A stretch of 64,000 nt of DNA from an uncultured Candidatus Saccharibacteria bacterium (GCA_964453135.1 CAYVOL010000003.1:33976-97975), one strand, 5' to 3'. Shown: positions 27,983 to 37,373, counted from the first letter of the stretch. Numbers and translations are program-made. Notes: generated by a model from the sequence alone, not told the origin.

Positions 27983-29059
27983 ATGCACACCCAAGTTTTT
28001 TTATTGGTTAAATTCATCGGGTTTTTTATTTTCTCTTTTTTGATTGCCGCTGTTTTGGCGCCGATTTTGATTCATTATCTTTATAAGTACAAGGCCTGGA
28101 AGAAACAATCGCGTTCGCGGACAATCGGAGGTTATGAAACCCCTATTTTTCAAAAATTTCACGCCGAGAAAGAAGTGAAGACTCCACGGATGGGCGGCAT
28201 TCTTATTTGGGTAACCGTCCTGATTGTTTCTGTTATTGCTTTTTTAGCGTCCTATTTTTTCCCGAATTCTTTTATGGGGAAAATAAATTTTCTAAGCCGT
28301 AAAGAAACCTGGCTGCCTTTGTTCAGTTTGGTGGCGTCTTCTTTATTAGGATTGGCTGACGATTTAATGACAATAGGCAACAATGGCCGGTATATCGGCG
28401 GGGGAATAAGAGCGAGGTGGCGCATAGGGCTTGTTTTGGCGATAGCTTTGGCGGGCGCCTGGTGGTTTCATTTTAAGCTGGGCTGGAATTCCATTTACAT
28501 TCCTTTTTATGGGAATGTGATGATTGACGGCTGGTATTTGTTGCTTTTTATAATTGTTGTCTTGGCTACTTTTTCCACCGGCGTGGTGGACGGATTGGAC
28601 GGCTTATCAGCCGGGGTTTTGGCGCCAATTTTTGCTTCTTTCGGGATCATCGCTTATTCGCGGGCAGAGTATGATTTGGCGACTTTTATCGCGATTATTA
28701 TCGGAGCGCTCACCACTTATTTATGGTTCAACGTTCCGCCGGCGCGCTTTTATATGGGAGAAACCGGCATAATGGGCTTGACTGTTGTCTTGGCGGTGAT
28801 TGCCGCGCTGACTAATTCCATTTTCTTTTTGCCCATTATTGGAATGGTTTTGGTTATTGAGGCGATGTCGGTAATTATTCAGCTTATTTCCAAACAATTG
28901 CGCGGAGGAAAAAAAGTTTTTTTGGCCGCGCCCATCCACCATCATTTTGAGGCCAAGGGCTGGAGTGAGGCGCAGATTACCATGAGATTTTGGATTCTCT
29001 CGGCCGTGTTTTCCGGTTTGGGGTTGATTTTATATTTCGCGAGCAGATTTTTGTACTAA
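27983..29059 (+). CDS. mraY: phospho-N-acetylmuramoyl-pentapeptide transferase
   Basis: The MraY signature blocks MGGILIW, GLADD, DGLDGL, NVPPARFYMGETG and APIHHHFE are present in a 10-TM protein. Confidence 0.9.
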   Translation: MHTQVFLLVKFIGFFIFSFLIAAVLAPILIHYLYKYKAWKKQSRSRTIGGYETPIFQKFHAEKEVKTPRMGGILIWVTVLIVSVIAFLASYFFPNSFMGKINFLSRKETWLPLFSLVASSLLGLADDLMTIGNNGRYIGGGIRARWRIGLVLAIALAGAWWFHFKLGWNSIYIPFYGNVMIDGWYLLLFIIVVLATFSTGVVDGLDGLSAGVLAPIFASFGIIAYSRAEYDLATFIAIIIGALTTYLWFNVPPARFYMGETGIMGLTVVLAVIAALTNSIFFLPIIGMVLVIEAMSVIIQLISKQLRGGKKVFLAAPIHHHFEAKGWSEAQITMRFWILSAVFSGLGLILYFASRFLY

Positions 29060-29096
29060 ATAAATTTAAAACTTATTTGTATTTTGAGATGGTTAG

Positions 29097-29921
29097 ATGA
29101 TTCAAATGTTTCACTCATTTTTTAAAAGAATAATTCAATTTTTGCTGAAATGGATGGCGAAGGTTTATCTTTGGGAAACGCGGCCTCATGTGATAGTAAT
29201 AAGCGGAACAACTGGTAGATTTTGGATAAAAGAAAAAATCGTGGAAGCTCTCGGGGAGACCAGTCATTTTGTCAGGGCCAACAAGAAAAATTTTAACGCG
29301 GAACTCGGGCTCCCGCTCTCTATTTTGGATTTGCCTTCGGGCAACGGATCTTTTTGGGGCTGGATTAGCGTTTTGCGGCAGGGGGTTTCAGTGATTACTC
29401 ACACTATCAGACGTTCGCGCACGCGCAAGTCTTTTTATCTGGTTTTGGAGATGGCAATTGATCGGCCGGAAAATATGAATTATTTGCTGAAAATCGTTAG
29501 GCCTAACGCCGTTATTTTAACCAACATCACCATGATTTATCAGGAAAATTTTGAGGACTTAGACGAAATTTCCGGAGAATACCGCCAATTGGTGAAATCT
29601 CTGCCTTGGGATGGAATTTTGATTCTTAATAATGACGACGAACGGATAAAAAACTTAAGCCAATTTTTTGACGGAAAAACTATTTTTTACGGATTGAAAG
29701 ACGGAGCTCATTTTCGGGCCATGGATATTATAAGAGAGATAGACGGACAGCGATTTAAGATTGAGGTCAACGGCAAGGAAAAAGAGATTTTTCCGCTTAA
29801 AATTAATCGTTTTGGTCGGCATCATGTTTACGCGGAGCTGGCGAAAAAAATTATTTTAGATAATTTTAAGGCGCCGCAGAGAGATTTTTTCGGAAAAATT
29901 TTAGACGTGGAAAGTCACTAA
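29097..29921 (+). CDS. Mur-ligase-family protein (MurF-like), short and with a degenerate P-loop
   Basis: VIVISGTTGRFWIKEKIVEAL aligns with the Mur ligase GTNGKTT P-loop but reads GTTGRF. ...NFNAELGLPLSIL and ...PNAVILTNI match Mur ligase central-domain blocks. It is only 274 aa and the C-terminal domain is absent. It sits next to mraY, as murF does in dcw clusters. Confidence 0.45.
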   Translation: MIQMFHSFFKRIIQFLLKWMAKVYLWETRPHVIVISGTTGRFWIKEKIVEALGETSHFVRANKKNFNAELGLPLSILDLPSGNGSFWGWISVLRQGVSVITHTIRRSRTRKSFYLVLEMAIDRPENMNYLLKIVRPNAVILTNITMIYQENFEDLDEISGEYRQLVKSLPWDGILILNNDDERIKNLSQFFDGKTIFYGLKDGAHFRAMDIIREIDGQRFKIEVNGKEKEIFPLKINRFGRHHVYAELAKKIILDNFKAPQRDFFGKILDVESH

Positions 29922-29945
29922 AAGTTTTGTTATCACCCATCCCTT

Positions 29946-31745
29946 TCACGCCACCTCCTGTTTGTAGCACTCATCGCAGTAGATGATCTCGGGTCGGTCA
30001 GGGGAATAGGAGGTTTGGAAGGTATTGGGACAGGGATTGGTTCCGTGGAAGTGCTTTGATGTATTCTGGTATTGGTTCTGGTTTTTCAGTTGAGAGGTCT
30101 GGCCTTGGCATTCGCATTGTCTTTCCCAGAGTTTCAAAGGGTTTCTTTGTTTGATTCTCTGGTAATGGCGGCAGTTGGGGCAAAGTCTGGGGAGGGGAAG
30201 ATTCATCTTCCGGTAGAAATCAAGCTCGGGTTTGATGATTTTGAAGGCTTTGGTGCATTGTTCGTTGCAATGGGAGGCGCTATGGGAACATTCTATGACT
30301 TGGCCTACTATGGAGTCTTCTACATCCTTTATATGGTCGGGGAGAGATTCTGAGGGGAGGTCTATTTTGAGGTCTCTATTGGCTTCTTCTTTCCACCTAT
30401 ATCCCTGGCTTTCTGCTTGTTCTTGGGTTAGAGGGAAGTATTCCTGAGCAATGGTTTCGTTGTAGGAGAAGGGAGACAATTCCGGAGGGAAGAATTCTCC
30501 GTACTTGTATATTCTTCCTTGTTTATCTATATAGGGAAGAGTATTCATATGATCTATTATTCTGGGGACTAGTTTTTCATATTCTTCCTTGGTGTATTGC
30601 TTGTTGAGGATACAATACTGCTTGTTGCGGAGGCCTACGCAGCCGAAGAGGTGGGAGGAATTTTGACACCACATTGAATATTGTGTGTCATAAATATCGG
30701 GCACAAGCGGCTTGCTTCCCCACATATTCCAGCAAAAATGCGTGTTATACCCAAGACCTTCTACGAGTTCATACAAAAGATCTCCTCCAGCTATCGCCGT
30801 ATCGAAGCAGTCACGACTTTTATAGAAAAAAATAAGCTGGCAATAAGAACAATCTTCCAAATTTTGGCAGACAAATGAATGTTTGGTGTTTTTACAATGC
30901 TTAAGATAATCGCCGGAAACATTGTTGTTGTTTCTTCCGTGATAGAATTTTTTAGGAAATTGCAGTTGAAATTTTTGCAAGTCATTGTTGAATTTCAAAG
31001 TGCCGTTATAAGAGCCAAGGTCAAACGTTTTCAATTTTTGGAAATATTCTTCCCGGGAGTAGGGATGGTTGAAAATGTGGTATTCTTTGTTTTTTAAGCT
31101 AACGCAACCGAAACAATCGTGGCAATTAATCAGATTTTTGGAAAAGAAAACATTACGACACTCACTGCATTCCGAAGAAAAGAAAACATTGTGGCATTTT
31201 TTGCAGTCGTAGAGCCAATAGCATAATTCTGAACTTTGAACCTCGTCAATATCAAGGGAATCTTTTGTTTCGCTTATGGTTTCTCCATAAGCGATGTTTT
31301 CCGAATTGCCTATATTGAAAGCAAGGTAACAATTTTTGATATTAACCGCTTGATTGCAATAATCGCTGTTGATGTCATTTAAGGCGCCGCGGTGCGGCCA
31401 GGGCATTTTTAACATAGACTCTTTTATTTGTTCAAAAAATGACCTGTTGAAATCATAATCTTTCCCGTATTCCATTGCGTCCCATTTGTCCGACCAAAAA
31501 TAGTCTTCGTGGTAAACTTTGACTGGAGAGTCAGGGGAATACATGGCGATAACTTCTTTGTCTTCTCCTTCAATTTTCCGTTTGTATAAAGTCCGGGTGT
31601 TGCGGAAATTCATTCTTCTAGCCGCCCGGCATTCCGGACAGAACGTCGGCGCCGGAACTTTGATTTTGTTGTAAAACTCAAAATCCTCCGGTTTTATGAT
31701 AAAGTTTTGTTTGCAATTTTGGCAAGATTTTTTTTCGGGATTCAT
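29946..31745 (-). CDS. cysteine-rich protein of unknown function with duplicated terminal zinc-ribbon-like motifs
   Basis: 599 aa with about 40 Cys and many Trp/Tyr/His. N-terminal FIIKPEDFEFYNKIKVPAPTFCPECRAARRMNFRNTRTLYKR and C-terminal FKIIKPELDFYRKMNLPLPRLCPNCRHYQRIKQRNPLKLWERQCEC are clear internal homologs. The central region has repeated CxxC...VFFS units. It is the only minus-strand gene in a + strand block. Confidence 0.5.
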   Translation of the reverse strand: MNPEKKSCQNCKQNFIIKPEDFEFYNKIKVPAPTFCPECRAARRMNFRNTRTLYKRKIEGEDKEVIAMYSPDSPVKVYHEDYFWSDKWDAMEYGKDYDFNRSFFEQIKESMLKMPWPHRGALNDINSDYCNQAVNIKNCYLAFNIGNSENIAYGETISETKDSLDIDEVQSSELCYWLYDCKKCHNVFFSSECSECRNVFFSKNLINCHDCFGCVSLKNKEYHIFNHPYSREEYFQKLKTFDLGSYNGTLKFNNDLQKFQLQFPKKFYHGRNNNNVSGDYLKHCKNTKHSFVCQNLEDCSYCQLIFFYKSRDCFDTAIAGGDLLYELVEGLGYNTHFCWNMWGSKPLVPDIYDTQYSMWCQNSSHLFGCVGLRNKQYCILNKQYTKEEYEKLVPRIIDHMNTLPYIDKQGRIYKYGEFFPPELSPFSYNETIAQEYFPLTQEQAESQGYRWKEEANRDLKIDLPSESLPDHIKDVEDSIVGQVIECSHSASHCNEQCTKAFKIIKPELDFYRKMNLPLPRLCPNCRHYQRIKQRNPLKLWERQCECQGQTSQLKNQNQYQNTSKHFHGTNPCPNTFQTSYSPDRPEIIYCDECYKQEVA

Positions 31746-31785
31746 AAAAATAAATTAGTTTATTGCGCGATATTTTATTATAACG

Positions 31786-31834
31786 ATTTTATCAGAAATT
31801 CCCCCCCCCGCAACAATAAAATGGGGATAACTTT
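31786..31834 (-). promoter_or_regulatory. promoter of the Cys-rich gene, with AAAGTTATCCCCAT upstream motif and a C9/G9 homopolymer in the spacer
   Basis: The minus strand reads aaagttatccccattttattgTTGCGGggggggggaatttctgaTAAAATcg. The motif is at 31821-31834, the -35 at 31809-31814, the G9 tract at 31801-31809 and the -10 at 31786-31791. Confidence 0.45.
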
Positions 31835-31929
31835 TTATAAAACATCAAGTAAACTAACTCATTTATAATTTCTTTATTTTTATTTTAATAGGGAATAGTT
31901 AATTTATAAGGCATTATTGGCGATGCTTT

Positions 31930-33462
31930 ATGAATAATTTTTCCAAAGTTTATTCCGCTGAGCTGGAAGGAATTGAAGCCAAGCTGATTGAAGTGGAGAC
32001 CGACATTAACGTCGGGCTTCACGCTTTTAACATTGTCGGGTTGGCGGACAAGGCGCTTAATGAGGCGAAAGAAAGGGTAAACGCCGCTTTGAAAAATTCC
32101 AACATCAAGCCGCCTAACAGGGAGAATCGTAGGATTACGGTGAACTTGGCGCCGGCGGATATCAAAAAAGCCGGTTCGCAATATGATTTGGCGATTGCCT
32201 TGGGCTATCTTTTGGCCACCAGGCAGATTAAAAGTTTTGACGCGAAAGATAAAATTTTTATCGGTGAACTTTCTTTAGAGGGGAATCTTCGTCCGATAAA
32301 CGGAGTTTTAGCTATTGCCCGCTTAGCGAAAAAATTAAATTTTCAGCATCTTTTTGTCCCCAAGGAAAACGCGCGGGAAGCGGCGATCGTGCGCGGCATC
32401 TCGGTTATTCCCGTATCTAACTTGAACGAACTCATCAATCATCTAGAAGGAAAAGAAGAGGTTATTTCTCAGAAAGAGACGCAATTAGATTTTAACTGGC
32501 CGTCTGAAGGTTTGGACATTTCGGAAATCAAGGGCCAGGAAAATGCGAAAAGGGCTTTGATTATCGCGGCGGCCGGCGGACACAATATTTTAATGCGCGG
32601 ATCTCCTGGCGGCGGAAAAACTATGCTGGCGCAGTCCTTGACTTCCATTTTGCCTCCTTTGTCTTTGGAAGAATCTTTGGAGGTGATTCAAATTTACAGC
32701 AGTATTAATTTTTTAGCCGGTCAGTCTTTCATTTCCCGGCGGCCTTTTCGCGCGCCGCATCACACTGCTTCCGCGGTTTCTATTGTGGGCGGAGGCGTAA
32801 ATCCGCGGCCGGGAGAAGTCAGTTTGGCGCACAGAGGAGTTTTGTTTCTGGATGAGATTCCTGAGTTCCGCCGCGATATTTTGGAATCGTTAAGGCAGCC
32901 ATTGGAGAGCGGAGAGGTTTGTATTTCCCGCGCCAGGGGTGTTTTGAATTTTCCCGCGCGTTTTTCTTTGGTGGCGGCGATGAACCCGTGCCCTTGCGGG
33001 TATTACGGCGACGCGGAAAAAGTCTGCCAGTGCAGCGCCGCGGAAATTTTCCGCTATCAAAAGAAAATCTCCGGTCCTTTAATGGACAGAATTGATATTC
33101 AGATTAACGTGCCGCGGGTGAAGACGGAGGATTTGATCCAGAAAAAAGAAGAAAATATTACCGGAAAGATACGCGAGAAAATAATGAAAACGAGAGAGAG
33201 GCAAAGAAAAAGATTCGCCGGGTTAGAAAAGTCAATTTATTTGAATTCCGAAATGTCTTCGCGTTTAGTTGACGAAGTCGTTCAATTGGATTCTGATAGC
33301 CAGAAATTTTTGAAAAATATATTGGACAAGACTTTTTTGTCCGCCCGCGGGTATTACCGGCTTTTGAAAACCAGCCGCACTATCGCCGATTTGGAAGAAT
33401 CGGCGAGTGTTTTGATTTCTCATCTGACAGAGGCGTTTCAGTATAGGATAAGGGAGGGGTAA
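31930..33462 (+). CDS. comM: YifB/ComM-family Mg-chelatase-like AAA+ ATPase
   Basis: N-terminal Lon-like ChlI domain, Walker A GSPGGGKTMLA, Walker B VLFLDEIPEF, and a C-terminal Mg_chelatase_C block. 510 aa. Confidence 0.85.
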   Translation: MNNFSKVYSAELEGIEAKLIEVETDINVGLHAFNIVGLADKALNEAKERVNAALKNSNIKPPNRENRRITVNLAPADIKKAGSQYDLAIALGYLLATRQIKSFDAKDKIFIGELSLEGNLRPINGVLAIARLAKKLNFQHLFVPKENAREAAIVRGISVIPVSNLNELINHLEGKEEVISQKETQLDFNWPSEGLDISEIKGQENAKRALIIAAAGGHNILMRGSPGGGKTMLAQSLTSILPPLSLEESLEVIQIYSSINFLAGQSFISRRPFRAPHHTASAVSIVGGGVNPRPGEVSLAHRGVLFLDEIPEFRRDILESLRQPLESGEVCISRARGVLNFPARFSLVAAMNPCPCGYYGDAEKVCQCSAAEIFRYQKKISGPLMDRIDIQINVPRVKTEDLIQKKEENITGKIREKIMKTRERQRKRFAGLEKSIYLNSEMSSRLVDEVVQLDSDSQKFLKNILDKTFLSARGYYRLLKTSRTIADLEESASVLISHLTEAFQYRIREG

Positions 33463-33533
33463 ACAATTTTGAGGTTTGAAATTTGAATTGATTTATTTTT
33501 GACTTCCTCGCTGTTTTTCAACACAATACCTGA

Positions 33534-35387
33534 ATGACAGGTTTTGATTTGAACGAAAACCAAAAAGAAGCCGCAGAACATCAAGGCGGTCCGCTTTTGA
33601 TTGTGGCAGGCGCGGGTTCTGGAAAAACGCGAACTTTGGTCAGCCGGCTTATCTATTTGCTTCAAAACGGAGTAAACCCGGGAAATATTATTGCCATTAC
33701 TTTCACTAATAAGGCGGCTGACGAAATGCGGGAGCGGGTTGATGATTATTTAGCCAGTCAATCCGCTGTTTCTATTGTTGCCTTCGGCAAGAAAAATAAT
33801 TCAGACAACCAGCCGTTTATCGGCACTTTCCATTCTTTTGGCGCGCGCATTTTACGGAAGGAAAGCCGTTTTCTCGGCCGCTCGGCGAATTTTACCATTT
33901 TTGACGCGGACGATTCGCAATCACTTTTGAAGAAAACAATCAAGAAATTTAATTTTTCCGAAAAGGAAAAAATTACTTTGCCGGCTGTCTCCCGGGCCGT
34001 TTCCCGTTTCAAAAACGAATTGCTTTCATTGGAAGAGGTTGATAACGAAAAAATCAGAATAGTTTTGGAGGAATACGAGGAAGAATTAAAAAGAAACAAC
34101 GCGTTTGATTTTGACGATCTTATTGAAAAACCGGTGAGACTTTTTCACGGCAACAGCGTTGTTTTGGAAAAATACCAGAGTTTATTCCAATATATTTTAG
34201 TGGACGAATATCAGGATATTAACACGGCGCAGTATTATTTCATAAAATTTTTGGCAGAGAAGCACCGCAATATCAGCGTGGTGGGCGACGATGCGCAGAG
34301 TATTTTTAAGTTTCGCGGTTCGGACTTCCGCAATTTTTTGAATTTTGAAAAAGACTGGCAGGATGCTAAAGTTGTTTTTTTGGAAGAAAATTATCGTTCT
34401 GCTTTTAATATTATCAAAGCCGCTTCGGCTGTTATCGCCCACAATAAATATCAGAAGCCGAAAAATTTATGGACGAAAAATAGCCCGGGTGAATTGATAA
34501 AAATCAGAGAGCATCAGGACGCGGAAGAAGAAGCAAACTGGACAGCCGCGCACATCCAAAATTCCAAAACTATTTTTCGCCAGTGGAATGAGCAGGGCGC
34601 TGTCGCTTCTCATTTCAAAACAGCTATTCTTTATAGGACGAATGCGCAGTCGCGCGCCATAGAGCAGGCCTTGATAGAGGAAGGAATACCTTATGCTATT
34701 TTCGGCGGCATCAGATTTTATGAAAGAAAGGAAATTAAAGACGCGGTGGCGGCCTTGCGTTACGGAGTAAACCCGCAAGATACTCTTTCGCGGGAGCGGC
34801 TGAAAAAAAATTTCCCTAAAGGGATTATCGGCGATTTGATAAAAGACATTCCGTCAAAAGCGCAAGAGTTGTCGCCCGTGGAATTCATCGGATATTTTTT
34901 AAAATCAACAAATTATTTTGAATCATTAAAGAAACATTATCTTAATTATGAAGAGCGGACGGAAAACATCGCGGCTTTGATAGAATTTGCCTCTCAATTT
35001 CAAAAACTAGAAGAGCTGACGGAAAAAATAACTTTATTGCAGTCAACAGACAACATCAGCAAGAAAAATATCTCTCAATACAAAGGAGATTCAGTGAGTC
35101 TGATGACCGTTCATTTGTCCAAAGGGCTGGAATTTGACCGGGTGTTTGTTTTGGGTTTAAACGACGGGCTTTTGCCGCATCAGATGTCTTACGCGAGTAA
35201 TGAGGAAATAGAAGAAGAGCGGCGGTTGATGTATGTGGCGATGACCCGGGCGAAAAGAGAATTATTTCTGAATTTTTACGATTTGCCTTCGCGGTTTTTA
35301 TATGAAATTCCGCCGGAGCTGGTTGAGTTTTCCGGCCAGAAAAAATTAAAAGATTTAAACGACGAGGAAAGGTGGATCGAGTATTGA
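33534..35387 (+). CDS. UvrD/PcrA/Rep-family ATP-dependent DNA helicase
   Basis: Motif I AGAGSGKTRTL, motif II VDEYQDIN, motifs IV-VI (RTNAQSRAIEQAL...; VHLSKGLEFD; YVAMTRAK). Confidence 0.85.
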   Translation: MTGFDLNENQKEAAEHQGGPLLIVAGAGSGKTRTLVSRLIYLLQNGVNPGNIIAITFTNKAADEMRERVDDYLASQSAVSIVAFGKKNNSDNQPFIGTFHSFGARILRKESRFLGRSANFTIFDADDSQSLLKKTIKKFNFSEKEKITLPAVSRAVSRFKNELLSLEEVDNEKIRIVLEEYEEELKRNNAFDFDDLIEKPVRLFHGNSVVLEKYQSLFQYILVDEYQDINTAQYYFIKFLAEKHRNISVVGDDAQSIFKFRGSDFRNFLNFEKDWQDAKVVFLEENYRSAFNIIKAASAVIAHNKYQKPKNLWTKNSPGELIKIREHQDAEEEANWTAAHIQNSKTIFRQWNEQGAVASHFKTAILYRTNAQSRAIEQALIEEGIPYAIFGGIRFYERKEIKDAVAALRYGVNPQDTLSRERLKKNFPKGIIGDLIKDIPSKAQELSPVEFIGYFLKSTNYFESLKKHYLNYEERTENIAALIEFASQFQKLEELTEKITLLQSTDNISKKNISQYKGDSVSLMTVHLSKGLEFDRVFVLGLNDGLLPHQMSYASNEEIEEERRLMYVAMTRAKRELFLNFYDLPSRFLYEIPPELVEFSGQKKLKDLNDEERWIEY

Positions 35388-35422
35388 AATGACGTTGTTT
35401 TACTATTTATTTCTACGGATTT

Positions 35423-36223
35423 ATGGGCCAAAAATTAGGACAGCATTTTTTGATAAATAAAGAGAAACTGCAAAAAATTGTTGGCGCTTTGGAATTAGAG
35501 CAGGGGGATTTGGTTTTTGAAATCGGTCCCGGGCATGGGGAGTTGACAGAAGCCATCAAGTATCAAGTGTCAGGTGTCAATATTATTGCGATTGAAAAAG
35601 ACCGGGAATTGGCAGCGGCTCTAAAAGGAAAATATAAAGATGATTTACGGGTAGAAATTGTTGAAGGAGACGCATTGAAAATTTTGTCGGAATTACTCCA
35701 AAGGCATAATCTAAAAGATAAAAGCTATAAAATTGTTGGCAACATTCCTTACTATATTACCGGACATTTATTGCGGATTTTGGGCGAGTTAAAGAACAAG
35801 CCAGCGAGAATTGTTTTGACCATTCAAAAAGAAGTGGCGGAAAGAATATGCGCGGCGCCTCCGAGAATGAATTTATTGGCGGCCAGCGTTCAGTTTTGGG
35901 CTGAGGCGGAAATAATAGATTACATTAGCCGTAAAGATTTTTTACCGGCGCCCGAAGTTGACAGCGCTATTATTGTTTTGCGCCCGCGGCGCGCGGCTTT
36001 CACGCAAATTGGCGACGAACATTATTATCGGTTCATAAAAATTTTATTCCAGCATCCGAGAAAAACTTTATTGAATAATCTCAAATCTCAAATCTCAAAT
36101 CTCAAAAATAAGGAAGAAATTATTAAGGAATTAAAAAAAATTGGAATAAATCCGCAGGATCGGCCGCAGGATTTAGGTCTGGATAATATTATTGAGCTGG
36201 CAAAGAGTTTTGGTTATAATTAG
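35423..36223 (+). CDS. rsmA: 16S rRNA (adenine1518/1519-N6)-dimethyltransferase
   Basis: The GQHFL start, the SAM-binding EIGPGHGELT and the NIPY motif are present. It contains an in-frame aatctca x4 heptamer array (36083-36110). Confidence 0.9.
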   Translation: MGQKLGQHFLINKEKLQKIVGALELEQGDLVFEIGPGHGELTEAIKYQVSGVNIIAIEKDRELAAALKGKYKDDLRVEIVEGDALKILSELLQRHNLKDKSYKIVGNIPYYITGHLLRILGELKNKPARIVLTIQKEVAERICAAPPRMNLLAASVQFWAEAEIIDYISRKDFLPAPEVDSAIIVLRPRRAAFTQIGDEHYYRFIKILFQHPRKTLLNNLKSQISNLKNKEEIIKELKKIGINPQDRPQDLGLDNIIELAKSFGYN

Positions 36224-36227
36224 TCAA

Positions 36228-37373
36228 ATGTTTCAAACAGGGATTGTAGGATTGTTATTAATAGCGGTTTTGACGATAGGCGGATTTTATTTTGTTCATA
36301 ACAACGGCGCGGTTCAAATTTTGCCTTCCTCCAATGATAATAAAGCGAATTATTCTTCAACGACTTCTTTCCATGAGAAGACGGAAAGTTTGAGCCTTGA
36401 CGCGCCGGCGCAGTGGATAAAACGGGAAATTAAAAACCAAACTCAATTTTCCGATTCAGCGGGGGGCGCCATAAGCGAGAATAATAATCAGGGAAATAAT
36501 CAAAAAAGAAAAGAAAACAAAAATGTTTTCCAACCGACTTCTTCTAACCAGACATTTTTCTCATCTTCTGACTCAACTTCCGGCGTTTCATCTCAGGATG
36601 ATAGAACGAGTATTACCGGAGAATACTATAAGAAATTTCTGGAAAGCACTTTTTTTATTGGTTTTGACGCGAATCAGCTTGCAGGCATGAAAAAGGAGGA
36701 AAACGGCCGGGCGCTTACATTAGAGGAATTGATTGATTTGGCGAGAAACGGAACTCCGCTCGGCGGATTGAAATCGTCTTTCCTTGCCTGGAGCGATTTG
36801 GATAAAAGAGTTTTGGCGCAGATGGAAGGTTTATCCGTTGATTCGCGAGCCGCTGAAATCCATCAGGAACTTTTAGAATGGTTTAAGTATCATCAGGCGA
36901 CTGCCGAGAAGTTAAGCGGGGATATTGATTTGCCGCAGATAAATAAAATTTATTTTGATTTTCAGGAGAAAGCCGCTGTTCACAATTCACAATTTAAAAA
37001 ATATCTGGATAATCCGATAATCTCCGATTCGCTGATGGAAAAAATTTTCGGGCTGTTTTTGCCACCGCGGGCCGAAGCGTTTACTTGCGGAGCAATGGTG
37101 CCGCCGCCCTTTTATCATTTTGGAGGAAGGGTAATTCTAATGAAACCTTGTAATTGGGGAATAGTGGAAACCATATCTCCTCCCTGTGGCGGAGAATTGC
37201 TTTTTACTTATCCGGTTTTAGCCGGCAATCCTTTTCTGTGGAAAAAACCCACTATTGGTTCCGCGGTTTTGGGAAGGTCTGTTATCGCTCCGGGGATTTG
37301 TCCGGTAGGCATAATACCAATGTTTCCTTATGAGGCCATAGTTTTGTATTTCGGCACATCCTTAACCCCGTGA
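36228..37373 (+). CDS. hypothetical membrane-anchored protein with Cys-containing C-terminal domain
   Basis: N-terminal TM (IVGLLLIAVLTIGGFYFV), a Ser/Asn-rich linker and four Cys in the last ~100 aa. The start was moved from 36192 to the first ATG after the rsmA stop. Confidence 0.4.
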   Translation: MFQTGIVGLLLIAVLTIGGFYFVHNNGAVQILPSSNDNKANYSSTTSFHEKTESLSLDAPAQWIKREIKNQTQFSDSAGGAISENNNQGNNQKRKENKNVFQPTSSNQTFFSSSDSTSGVSSQDDRTSITGEYYKKFLESTFFIGFDANQLAGMKKEENGRALTLEELIDLARNGTPLGGLKSSFLAWSDLDKRVLAQMEGLSVDSRAAEIHQELLEWFKYHQATAEKLSGDIDLPQINKIYFDFQEKAAVHNSQFKKYLDNPIISDSLMEKIFGLFLPPRAEAFTCGAMVPPPFYHFGGRVILMKPCNWGIVETISPPCGGELLFTYPVLAGNPFLWKKPTIGSAVLGRSVIAPGICPVGIIPMFPYEAIVLYFGTSLTP

